A stretch of DNA of 64,000 bases from contig CAVXNM010000058.1 in assembly GCA_963763115.1 (NCBI GenBank), positions 7,856 through 71,855 on the forward strand, read 5' to 3'. The notes under the pieces were generated by a model. It saw only the letters and a program-made list of their open reading frames with translations, made no database searches and was not told where the DNA came from. A program made the position numbers and the translations under genes. Position 1 is the stretch's first letter. Each line of letters begins with the position of its first letter. Source of the stretch: an uncultured Gammaproteobacteria bacterium. GTDB taxonomy: Bacteria; Pseudomonadota; Gammaproteobacteria; UBA9214. Positions 38,201 to 46,192 of the stretch are shown here, one piece after another.

Positions 38201-38755
38201 CTGTATTCCGACCTCCTTGCCCGCGCCGTCAAGGCGCTGAAGGAAGGCCGCCGGCCGGAACTGGAGAAACCGCTGCACCAGGGTCCGGAAATCGACCTGT
38301 CGCTGCCCGCTCTTATAACCGATGACTATGTCCCCGACGTTCACACCCGGCTGGTCATGTACAAGCGCATCGCCGGCGCCGGATCTGTCGAAGACCTGCG
38401 CGAGCTGCAGGTGGAGATGATCGACCGATTCGGCCTGCTGCCGGAACCGCTCAAGAACCTGTTCCAGGTGACCGGGCTGAAACTGACGGCCGCCCCGATG
38501 GGCATCACGAAGATCGAGCTTGGCCGGCAGGAAGGACGCATCCTGTTCGGACAGGAGGCCGCCATCGATACCCAAAAACTGGTAGAGTTGCTCCAGCGCC
38601 AGCCGGGACGCTATCGCTTCGAGGACGGCAACAAATTGCGCTTCAGCGGCGACTTCGAGCAGGAGGAACAACGGTTTGCCACAGTGGCGGAACTGCTCTC
38701 CACTCTGGCACCCCAGGACGAGGCTCAGGATGACCATACCACACGCACTACCTAG
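35237..38755 (+). CDS. mfd: transcription-repair coupling factor
   Basis: 1172 aa; UvrB-homology N-terminus, CarD/RID region (VVHENHGVGRY), helicase motifs GDVGFGKTEVA, DEEHRFG, QLHQLRGRVGRS. Confidence 0.95.
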   Translation: MHRSAPHHQAPALVSLLKPVLPGQRRVVTWTRLAGDSLPLALAHAASRAGGPLAVITPDMQGAEVLQEQLEFFLTGSAIGVSIFPDWETLPYDTFSPHQDIISERLATLNHLAGMRRGVLIIAVTTLLQRLPPRSFLYQHSLILRHGQRLDLDAMRTRLDSAGYRCVSQVMEHGEFAVRGSLLDLYPMGSPLPLRIDLFDAEIDSIRTFDPENQRSLMEQKAVNLLPAREFPLDEEGIRGFRQRFRASFEGNPQDCSIYREISQGITPGGIEYYLPLFFEETETLFDYLPGDTCLAFLDATEAAGDDFQRQLAERFESRRHDRERPILPPEKLYLGMAELRDFQNRYPLIRVIASGAADPPGDCTSYTTRPLGDLKIRPRHETPAGALQAFVAEFPGRILLTAESSGRRETLHDQLQGFAIRPVVVRSWADFIATTDPVCLTVAPLEQGMVMDVPAIAVITETSLFGERARQMRRRKPERDPAAIIRDLTDLNLGAPVVHENHGVGRYRGLETLTVNDIPAEYLCIEYDGGDKLYVPVASLQLVSRYTGASPEEAPLHKLGGDQWQRARKKAAKRVHDVAVELLDIYARRAAHQGHAYASPQDEYAAFTAAFPFEETPDQENTIDSVLADMQSPLPMDRVVCGDVGFGKTEVAMRAAFLAIQDGRQVAVLVPTTLLAQQHYQNFRDRFSDWPVRIEALSRFRSGKQQEAIMAGLAEGSVDLVIGTHKLLQEQVRFRRLGLLIIDEEHRFGVTQKERLKKLRAEIDILTLTATPIPRTLNMSLSGLRDLSIISTPPAHRLAVKTFICEWNDAAIRESCLREIKRGGQIYFLHNQVESIDRIAGEIARIVPEAGIGVAHGQMRERELERVMLDFYHRRFNLLVCSTIIESGIDIPTANTIIINRADKLGLAQLHQLRGRVGRSHHRAYAYLLTPPRKTMTADAVKRLEAIASMEDLGAGFTLATHDLEIRGAGELLGDEQSGQIHEIGYTLYSDLLARAVKALKEGRRPELEKPLHQGPEIDLSLPALITDDYVPDVHTRLVMYKRIAGAGSVEDLRELQVEMIDRFGLLPEPLKNLFQVTGLKLTAAPMGITKIELGRQEGRILFGQEAAIDTQKLVELLQRQPGRYRFEDGNKLRFSGDFEQEEQRFATVAELLSTLAPQDEAQDDHTTRTT

Positions 38756-38771
38756 ACCCGCCCGCGGGCAT

Positions 38772-39416
38772 ATGACCCTTTCGGGACTGTTATGTGTCCT
38801 GGCCGCTCTGTGCTGCCTCGGCACCCGGGCCGTGGCAGCCACCCGGTACGATGTCGAGGTGATCGTCTTCCGCAACCTTGCCGCCCGCGATGACGGCGAG
38901 CAGTGGCCGGCGAATACCACCGGCGCTGACGCCGGATTCGCCCGCAGCCCCCTCCAGCAGGGGCTGGAGAATCTGCCGGACAGCCAGTTCACCCTCAATG
39001 GTGTGGCGGGCGCACTGCAACGCTCCGGCGCCTATCAGGTACTGGCACATCGGCTCTGGCGCCAGGGTGCCGATGACAGGCACAGCGCCGTTCCCTACGT
39101 GCTGCACACCACCCAGGGCAGCGCAAACTATGAAGTCAATGGTTCGATCACGCTCATCCGTGAACGCTACCTGCACCTGGCCATCGACCTGGCGCTGACG
39201 TCCCCGGACTCGCTGTACCGGCTGGATGAGACACGGCGAATGCGCAGCGGTGAACTGCATTATTTCGACAACCCCCGCTTCGGCGTCATCGCCAGAGTGA
39301 CACCCTATGAGTCGGACGAATCGGCGCCGGAGGATGAAACAGGTGCCGGCGAATTCACCGCGGTGCCCGACGAGGAAGGCGACAGCGCGGCGGGACCGCC
39401 GGGTGAGCCCCGTTGA
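38772..39416 (+). CDS. csiV: CsiV-family periplasmic protein
   Basis: Signal peptide MTLSGLLCVLAALCCLGTRAVAA followed by RYDVEVIVFRN. Downstream of mfd, as csiV is in Vibrio. An alternative upstream ATG at 38730 overlaps mfd. Confidence 0.55.
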   Translation: MTLSGLLCVLAALCCLGTRAVAATRYDVEVIVFRNLAARDDGEQWPANTTGADAGFARSPLQQGLENLPDSQFTLNGVAGALQRSGAYQVLAHRLWRQGADDRHSAVPYVLHTTQGSANYEVNGSITLIRERYLHLAIDLALTSPDSLYRLDETRRMRSGELHYFDNPRFGVIARVTPYESDESAPEDETGAGEFTAVPDEEGDSAAGPPGEPR

Positions 39417-39453
39417 ACAAGCACTATCCTGTGTCCATCCATACAAAAATTAA

Positions 39454-39531
39454 CTCACCGCAAAGGCGCAAAGCCATTTAATCGTTTTCGTTACCAAGTT
39501 TCTTCGCGAACTTTGCGTCTTTGCGGTGAGA
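39454..39531. repeat. REP/MITE-like palindromic element (CGCAAAG-type)
   Basis: CTCACCGCAAAGGCGCAAAG (39454-39473) and CTTTGCGTCTTTGCGGTGAG (39511-39530) are inverted complements with 1 mismatch. Intergenic between convergent csiV and cysG. Confidence 0.55.
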
Positions 39532-39627
39532 ATGGTGAGTTTGGCTGGACTCTATCTAGAAATCGGTATCCGAATTTTACTGTGTGCCGGCCGCGCGCCT
39601 GCCTGCGCAGTCTCGATATCGTCATAC

Positions 39628-41022
39628 TCAATCATCGCCGCCGTCGAACCATTTTAATTTATCCCGCAACTTCACTACCTCGCCCACGATAATGAGCGTC
39701 GGCGGCTTGATCTCCTCTCGCTCCACCAGGGTTGGAAGCGTGGCGAGCGTCTCGACGAATACCCGTTGATTTCGGGTGGTACCCTGCTGGACCAGTGCCG
39801 CGGGGGTATCATGCGGCAATCCATGGGCAAGCAGTTCTCTGGAGAGTATTTCGATGCTGTGCAGGCCCATGTAGAAAACGATGGTCTGAGCTGTTCTGGC
39901 GAGCCTTCCCCAGTCAAGATTGACGCTGCCGTCTTTCAGATGTCCGGTTACGAACACACACGACTGGGCGTAATCGCGATGTGTCAGGGGGATACCCGCA
40001 TAGGATGCACACCCCGAAGCGGCGGTGATACCGGGAACCACCTGAAAGGGTATGCCCTGCTCCGCAAGCGTTTCGATTTCCTCACCGCCGCGGCCGAAAA
40101 TGAACGGATCACCACCTTTCAGGCGCAGCACGCGATTGCCCTCCCTGGCCAGGCGAACGAGCAGTTCATTGATGCTTTCCTGAGACAGCGTATGTTTATC
40201 CCTTTCCTTGCCGGCATAAATCAATTCCGCATCACGCCTGACCATGTCCAGAATCGGCCGTGACACCAGCCGGTCATAGACCACCACGTCAGCCTGCTGC
40301 ATGAGTCGCAGCGCCCTGAAGGTGATCAGGTCCGGATCGCCCGGACCCGCGCCCACAAGATATACTTCCCCGGTTGTGTCAAAAGTCTGGTCGGTATCCG
40401 CGATCGCCTCCTCCAGCGCCACCCGCGCCTCGTTCTCTCGGCCCGCAAACAGCAATTCGGCAACCCGCCCCTGCAGCACGTTCTCCCAGAAATAGCGACG
40501 CTGTGTGGAATCGGAGAATCGCTGCTTTACCTTGTGCCTGAATTCATCAACCAGAACGGCAAGACGACCATAGGCAGAGGGTATGAAACTTTCCAGGCGG
40601 GCACGCAACAGGCGGGCGAGCACCGGTGAGGCCCCGCCAGTCGAGACAGCCACCTGTACCGGGGACCTGTCAACCAGTGAGGGGACAATGAAACTGCATA
40701 ACGTCGGCGTATCCACAACATTGACAGGTATCCGGTGGCTGTCCGCGACAACCGAGACCTGCCGGTTGACCGATTCGTTATCGGTTGCGGCAATCACGAG
40801 CACCATGCCGTCGATATCTTCATCGCGGAACTCCCTGCCTGTGTGCTGGATCCGACCTGATTCGCGCAGCTTCTCCAGTTCATCGCACAGGGCGGGCGCC
40901 ACGAGCAAAATCCTCGCGCCGGCCCTGAGCAGCATGGCGACCTTGCGCGCCGCCACCTTGCCGCCGCCCACCACGAGGCAGGAGCGGCCTTCCAGCTTCA
41001 GAAAAACAGGGAGATACTTCAT
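39628..41022 (-). CDS. cysG: siroheme synthase (uroporphyrinogen-III C-methyltransferase / precorrin-2 dehydrogenase / ferrochelatase)
   Basis: 464 aa; N-terminal [11 protein letters not shown] Rossmann domain plus C-terminal SUMT domain ([25 protein letters not shown]). Confidence 0.9.
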   Translation of the reverse strand: MKYLPVFLKLEGRSCLVVGGGKVAARKVAMLLRAGARILLVAPALCDELEKLRESGRIQHTGREFRDEDIDGMVLVIAATDNESVNRQVSVVADSHRIPVNVVDTPTLCSFIVPSLVDRSPVQVAVSTGGASPVLARLLRARLESFIPSAYGRLAVLVDEFRHKVKQRFSDSTQRRYFWENVLQGRVAELLFAGRENEARVALEEAIADTDQTFDTTGEVYLVGAGPGDPDLITFRALRLMQQADVVVYDRLVSRPILDMVRRDAELIYAGKERDKHTLSQESINELLVRLAREGNRVLRLKGGDPFIFGRGGEEIETLAEQGIPFQVVPGITAASGCASYAGIPLTHRDYAQSCVFVTGHLKDGSVNLDWGRLARTAQTIVFYMGLHSIEILSRELLAHGLPHDTPAALVQQGTTRNQRVFVETLATLPTLVEREEIKPPTLIIVGEVVKLRDKLKWFDGGDD

Positions 41023-41060
41023 AAATGTATGTCTATGGATGAGCAGCGCAGCCCGGCCGG

Positions 41061-41318
41061 CTACCGGGTCATCAGTAGGGGATCCAGCTTACCCGAGTAC
41101 TCCAGATCCGCCAGGTTATCGTAACCAGCCACATGCCGGTCACCGATGAAAATCTGGGGCACGGTGCGCCGGCCCGTGAGTCTGGCCAGTTCCCCGAAAC
41201 CGTCAGACATTGTGTCAATAAATATCTTTTGTATATCGACGCCCTTTGATTTCAGCAAGCGTTCCGCCTGAAAACAATACGGACAGATAGCGGTACAGTA
41301 CATTCGAACCTCGATCAC
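41061..41318 (-). CDS. grxC: glutaredoxin 3
   Basis: 85 aa; CPYC active site, ..[14 protein letters not shown]-like [16 protein letters not shown]. Confidence 0.85.
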   Translation of the reverse strand: MIEVRMYCTAICPYCFQAERLLKSKGVDIQKIFIDTMSDGFGELARLTGRRTVPQIFIGDRHVAGYDNLADLEYSGKLDPLLMTR

Positions 41319-41357
41319 GAAACATTCCCCCTGCGATAACGGCTTCCTAACGGTTTC

Positions 41358-42482
41358 CTAACGGTTTCTCAGCGTGTCGATACACTGCTGCAGCGGTTCG
41401 GACACCGGCCTCAGCTTCCTGCGCATCACGGTGCCGATGGCATCGGTGCGTGAGAAAATCGGATTCACCAGCGGCTCGTCCACCATCGACAATACCAGCA
41501 TGGCATGCACCTCTTTTTCCATCCCGGGCGACCTGGCCAGTAGTTCACCCAGGGCCTGTCCAGGGGCAGATACGCTGAACATCAGGTCATCCACTGCCGC
41601 CAGAATATCGTCCATGGTCTGAAGCCCGGTATCGTTCGTGCGGATGGTGTGAAAATAAGCGGCAATCGCATGCAGCAATGAAACCACCACATCCTGATTG
41701 GACGGTTTCTCGAGTACGCTTTCCACCGCGTCAAGAAAACTCTGACCTTCGCTGCCGAGCAATCGGCATAATTGTACCGCAAATGGATTCCCCGTCTCCG
41801 TCAGCCCTTCGAGCTTTCCGCAGACCTCGTCCCGTAGCGGATGCGGTCCCACCGCGGCGGGGAGTTCATCTGGAACGGCCTGCAAGAAGCCGACATAGTA
41901 CGCATTCTTGTGCTTGCCCCTGCCCCAGAGTTCGTTCCTGGTCTCGTTGCTGACCAGGCCGGATTGCAGGACCAGACGAACCGAGGCGATCATATCCCTC
42001 GCTTCCGTCTCGAAGGGAAGAAATTCGATCAGGAAATCCGCCAGCACCGGGCCCATATCACCCTGGAGGACCGATTGCTGAGCGAGCATGCACCTTGCAT
42101 TCTCCGCCGTCTGGGATGCCCACCACGCCCTTCTGGCGATTTCGTTGGTAATACCCGGGGCGTTGACCACCGCCACCACCGCCTCGGGTTCTCCCAGCAG
42201 GAGCAGAGACTCGAGAATCCCGTCACGCGTCTGGCCCATGCGCGTCCAGCGTTTCAGATAAACCGGGTAGCCGCCCGGTGAGCCCAGCACATGGCTCGAT
42301 AACGCCTCACGTACACGACGCAGGTATGTCTCATCACGGCAATTGGGATTCAGCCTGACCCGCGCCTCTCCTTTCTCGGAGAGCGCATACAGCGTCATGC
42401 TGGATTCATCGATACGGACAGCCTTTACGGGACCTGCCAGCAGGACATTGATCCGCAGTGCGTCTTCCGACGATAAGTCCAT
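41358..42482 (-). CDS. dsrS: DsrS-like protein (sulfur-oxidiser-specific dsr accessory protein)
   Basis: 374 aa (about 41 kDa). The opening MDLSSEDALRINVLLAG..LGSPGGYPVYLKRWTRMGQ..LLLLGEPEAVVA matches my recollection of proteins annotated DsrS. Not verified by search. Confidence 0.5.
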   Translation of the reverse strand: MDLSSEDALRINVLLAGPVKAVRIDESSMTLYALSEKGEARVRLNPNCRDETYLRRVREALSSHVLGSPGGYPVYLKRWTRMGQTRDGILESLLLLGEPEAVVAVVNAPGITNEIARRAWWASQTAENARCMLAQQSVLQGDMGPVLADFLIEFLPFETEARDMIASVRLVLQSGLVSNETRNELWGRGKHKNAYYVGFLQAVPDELPAAVGPHPLRDEVCGKLEGLTETGNPFAVQLCRLLGSEGQSFLDAVESVLEKPSNQDVVVSLLHAIAAYFHTIRTNDTGLQTMDDILAAVDDLMFSVSAPGQALGELLARSPGMEKEVHAMLVLSMVDEPLVNPIFSRTDAIGTVMRRKLRPVSEPLQQCIDTLRNR

Positions 42483-42518
42483 TGCGTGTTGCCCGGCAGG
42501 AAACTGGATTGACGGCTA

Positions 42519-42962
42519 TCAGAAGTCGAACCCCGCCTTGGCATAGAGTTTCTTTGCCATCTCGGGATCCTTTTCCACGCCATTACCTTCCTCGTACATC
42601 CTCGCCAGGGTTGTCTGTGACCCTGCAAGTCCCTGCTCCGCCGCCTTGCGAAACCATTCAACGGCTTCGGCACTGTTCTGGTCAACACAGTCACCTTCGA
42701 GATACATGAAGCCGAGACCGTGCTGGGCCAGTGCATAGCCCTGCTCTGCAGAGGCGCGCATCATCTGTTCGGCCATTTTTTCATTGCGCACCACACCGAG
42801 GCCGTTCTGGCACATAATGGCGACACGATGCTGTGCATCCGGGTTGCCGGCATCGGCCAGCGGGTAGAGGAATTTCATTGCCTGGGAGAAATTCTTGGCT
42901 TCGAACGAAGCTACGCCGCTGGAAAAATTCTCATCAAAGTCATTGGACATAGTGCGCCTCAC
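42519..42962 (-). CDS. Sel1-repeat (TPR-like) protein
   Basis: 147 aa; three tandem Sel1 units (A..G...AQ..LG.MY..G.GV..D...A..W..KAA). Confidence 0.8.
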   Translation of the reverse strand: MRRTMSNDFDENFSSGVASFEAKNFSQAMKFLYPLADAGNPDAQHRVAIMCQNGLGVVRNEKMAEQMMRASAEQGYALAQHGLGFMYLEGDCVDQNSAEAVEWFRKAAEQGLAGSQTTLARMYEEGNGVEKDPEMAKKLYAKAGFDF

Positions 42963-43526
42963 AAGTTAACGAACACGAGGCCGGGAACACCCAGACCTGA
43001 TGGACATGAGTCTCTGTTGGAGAGGTTGCTATGCTATAGAGTCAGCAACCGGCTTCGAATACCCCGAAAGAGAGAATGTCACTGATTTATCTATGGAAAC
43101 CACAATTTCACGCAGGGTTGATTTGCCCCCCCGATGGGGATATTCGGAGGTCTAAGGGGCTCCTGTATACTTCTCCGGTCTCAGGTAACCCTAATTGAAA
43201 CAACACGGTAGACGAGCCGCATCGCGTGCAGGCGATATCGGCTGCGCTTCCATGCAGCCCGGCAATCGGGCGGACGGTGCACTCCAGTCAGCGACGGAGC
43301 ACCGGGAACACGGGGAATATGACCTGATACTGCCTCCGAATAACATGCCCTGACAGGCAAGTGGGATCGGGGCAGCAACGCATTGAATCCTGCGGCAAGC
43401 CTCGGCCGCTGACACCGCCAGCGATACGCGGGATCCATTGCAAAGATTCAAGGCCCCGGCGCAGGACTTGCCGGTGCCGGCATTCGCTTTGCTTGTTTAC
43501 TAATCAGACAATACGAGGAGTTGAAG

Positions 43527-43721
43527 ATGAATCAGCAATACTATGATGCAGTCACCAAAATGGAGAAAATGGGCGTTGACCCGGAATACATTCAGGGCTG
43601 GCAGGGCGGCTATCTGCTCAACCCGGAGCGTGAAGAACAGCGGGTGACTGAGGCCTACTCCGCGGGTTATGAAGACGGGAAGGAAAAAAATACCGACAAC
43701 TTTTCCAACTGGGTCAAGTAA
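43527..43721 (+). CDS. small hypothetical protein (64 aa)
   Basis: AGGAG 7 nt upstream of ATG 43527, followed by a clean terminator. No family recognised. Confidence 0.5.
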   Translation: MNQQYYDAVTKMEKMGVDPEYIQGWQGGYLLNPEREEQRVTEAYSAGYEDGKEKNTDNFSNWVK

Positions 43722-43742
43722 ACAGGCCTCTGCTGAGTATAC

Positions 43743-43767
43743 AAGGCGGGGCAACCCGCCTTTTTTA
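43743..43767 (+). terminator. rho-independent (bidirectional) terminator
   Basis: GGCGGG-gcaa-CCCGCC followed by TTTTTT. An A-rich 5' flank lets it serve the convergent minus-strand gene as well. Confidence 0.7.
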
Positions 43768-44331
43768 TTCGTCCACGCTTTCTGCCGGCGGCAACAGGTC
43801 ACGCAGGGCCTTTCTCAATGGTTTCAATGCTTCCGGTACTTCAATATCCATAACCTGGTCGGTGATCCATTTATTGTCCCGCTCACCCATGACCGCCCTG
43901 ACGTTTTCCCCGAAATAACGCCGGAAAGCGAATCCGGGTTCATTGCCCGAGAAGGTAAATTCTGCATAGTCGCCCGCTCGTTCATTAAGCCGCTCGATCA
44001 GCGGCTGCCGGTATTCGCCCTTGCCCTGTGCATCCGTGCGGTTTTCCTGCATGGTATCCGCGAGATGCTGCGCCAGTGAGGAGATAAATTCCTGACGCTG
44101 TTCCCGGGTAAGCTGCTCCGCTGTCATACGATCCACGAGATGCACCAGAAAGGCCAGGAACTCCGTGATGATATCCAGCCGCTGGGCATTGGTATCGGTC
44201 TGGAAACCTTCATTTTCAAGATTCAGGGTGCCTTGCTGGGCAATGCGCCACAGAATAAATGCCAGGGCGCCGCCGGTTTCCGAGAGGGAACGTTTGCGAT
44301 CCCTGAGGTTCCATTTGGACTTAACTCGCAC
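43765..44331 (-). CDS. hypothetical protein (189 aa)
   Basis: Start reassigned to GTG 44331, with CAGGAG 6 nt upstream; the ORF-track start at 44421 has no SD. No family recognised. Confidence 0.5.
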   Translation of the reverse strand: MRVKSKWNLRDRKRSLSETGGALAFILWRIAQQGTLNLENEGFQTDTNAQRLDIITEFLAFLVHLVDRMTAEQLTREQRQEFISSLAQHLADTMQENRTDAQGKGEYRQPLIERLNERAGDYAEFTFSGNEPGFAFRRYFGENVRAVMGERDNKWITDQVMDIEVPEALKPLRKALRDLLPPAESVDE

Positions 44332-44453
44332 GTTTAACTCCTGATAATGCCGAGTCGGTTTGGATACTCGACAGTTCGGCAACGCCCACAACTGGCGGTT
44401 GCCATGGTTGCATGCTAGCATGAATTACCTAGGTTTTCAGTCAGGTATTAGCC

Positions 44454-45539
44454 ATGTCAAGCACCCATACCGCAACGCCACCCGATCCGCCGGCAATTAT
44501 CGATGAACTGGCGCAGATCCTGCCGGTCGTGCGCACAAACTGCCATATCAGTGACGCCCTGCATGCGACCGATTACACCCTCTGCGTTTATCTCCTGAAG
44601 ATGCGCGAATACTTCCGCTGGGAACATGAAATGCCGTTCAATGCCCCGATCCCGCAAGAGGCGCTCAGCGGCTGGCTGACCGGACGCGAGGCGCTCTGGA
44701 CTACCCTCGAGGGAAAGCCCTTTGAAAGCATACCCCTGTCGAGGCAGTTGCTCGATCCGTTTGATGCAGTTTCCATCAACAAAGCTCTGAACAGCATGGG
44801 CTATGTCTACAGCAGCGGTCTGGGTCGCAACATGAAACCGCATTTCTTCCTGGGTGCGCTCGAGCAAAGGCGCGAACACGATGGCTACACACTGTATATC
44901 TCCGGCAAGGAGTACGCACGTGATCTCACCGCCCCGCCGGCAATGAGTCTGGGCAGGACAATCTTTATCCGGCGAGAATCGCTGCGCCGCATGTTGTGGG
45001 AAAAAATCGAGGAGTGGCGCTGGAACCGGCCCGTGAACGCAATGCGGAGGGCAATCGATTGCTATGACTTCGACACCGCGCCCGAGGACGCGCTGGAGCA
45101 AATGACCGAACGCGAAGCCCGGTCGCTGCTGCTGCACGAAATCGGCGAGGTCATGGCGGGAGAGGAACTCGGCAGCGGCTGGGAAAATCTGCTCTCGGAA
45201 ATGCCGCATTGCAAGGCGGAACTGATGATGCGGGCGGCGCGCGATCACCTGGCGGATGCGCTCTCGACCCTGCCCGGGCTGCTGGACGAAGCGGAACCCG
45301 CTTCGCTACACTTCTATTTTGCCAACCTGACCAGCCTGCGCAAGATGCTGGTTCCCAGTCTGCTTGATGCCTATGATCACTGGGAGCAAACCGGCAAGCT
45401 GGACAGACTGGTGCAACTGAGCGAGGCAGGCAGGAGCCACTGGATGTCGCTTGCACAGGAGATCCTCGCCCTGAACGGCACCCGCGAAGACGATCTGCAG
45501 CACGAAATCACTGCCCTGGTGGAACGCAATACCTTCTGA
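44454..45539 (+). CDS. conserved hypothetical protein (361 aa)
   Basis: Long ORF with coding-like composition, 26 nt upstream of the 2OG oxygenase gene. I cannot place it in a characterised family. Confidence 0.55.
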   Translation: MSSTHTATPPDPPAIIDELAQILPVVRTNCHISDALHATDYTLCVYLLKMREYFRWEHEMPFNAPIPQEALSGWLTGREALWTTLEGKPFESIPLSRQLLDPFDAVSINKALNSMGYVYSSGLGRNMKPHFFLGALEQRREHDGYTLYISGKEYARDLTAPPAMSLGRTIFIRRESLRRMLWEKIEEWRWNRPVNAMRRAIDCYDFDTAPEDALEQMTEREARSLLLHEIGEVMAGEELGSGWENLLSEMPHCKAELMMRAARDHLADALSTLPGLLDEAEPASLHFYFANLTSLRKMLVPSLLDAYDHWEQTGKLDRLVQLSEAGRSHWMSLAQEILALNGTREDDLQHEITALVERNTF

Positions 45540-45565
45540 GACATCAACCGGACGCACGAGGCGGC

Positions 45566-46192
45566 ATGCATCACCAGGAAATGAGTAGCGGTATCGCCAG
45601 ACCCCGCCCCAATCTCAAGACTCTTACGGAAATCGGGAAAAACACCTTCATCTTCGAGAAACGACTGGCGTTGCCGGTCGATCTCTGCAAGGAAATGATT
45701 CGCCGTTTCGAGCAGTATGCAGAAGAGCAGTACGAAGGTCGTATCGGCCAGATGGTCTACCAGGACCAGAGCATCAAGAAATCAACCGACCTGGTCGTAA
45801 GCGGCAAACCGCACTGGAAGGACATCGACCGCGCCCTGTTTCGTTCCCTGGGCGCGTCCATGCTGGAACTGCGTGAAACCTACCCGTATTTCAAGGGGCC
45901 CTTCAAGGATGTCGGCTACGCGATCCAGCGCACCAGTCCGGGCGGGTACTATCACTGGCACATCGATGGCGGCAGCCATGAGTTCAGCCAGCGCCAGCTG
46001 GTCGCCGTCTGGTATCTCAATGATGTCGAGGGACCGGGCGGCGAGACCGAGTTTTCCTGCCAGAATATCCGCATCAGGCCGGAAGCCGGCAAGCTGCTGC
46101 TGTTTCCACCGTTCTGGACACATGAACACCGCGGCGCAACCCTGCAGAAAGGGGTGAAATACATCGCCACGACCTGGGTGGTGTTTGCCTGA
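45566..46192 (+). CDS. 2OG-Fe(II) oxygenase (prolyl-4-hydroxylase-like)
   Basis: 208 aa; facial triad visible as HWHID ... THEH, plus a basic residue in KYIATTW. Confidence 0.75.
   Translation: MHHQEMSSGIARPRPNLKTLTEIGKNTFIFEKRLALPVDLCKEMIRRFEQYAEEQYEGRIGQMVYQDQSIKKSTDLVVSGKPHWKDIDRALFRSLGASMLELRETYPYFKGPFKDVGYAIQRTSPGGYYHWHIDGGSHEFSQRQLVAVWYLNDVEGPGGETEFSCQNIRIRPEAGKLLLFPPFWTHEHRGATLQKGVKYIATTWVVFA

Noticed and set aside
43214-43245. Hairpin GAGCCGCATCGCGTGCAGGCGATATCGGCTG, which resembles group II intron domain V (AGC triad, bulged stem).
   Set aside because: The geometry does not fit: the lower helix is 5 bp rather than about 9, the loop is 6 nt rather than a GNRA tetraloop, and the internal loop is 1x2. 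There is also no reverse transcriptase/maturase ORF and no other intron domains nearby.
43129-43372. Attempt to assign the structured spacer to a known RNA family: cobalamin riboswitch (attractive because cysG is downstream), RNase P, tmRNA, SRP or 6S RNA.
   Set aside because: I found none of the diagnostic boxes on either strand. These were the B12 box/GCCACTG, GGAAAGTCCGGGC for RNase P, the GGGGCTGA...TCCACCA ends of tmRNA, and the GGAAGCAGCC of SRP RNA. It is kept only as an unclassified candidate.
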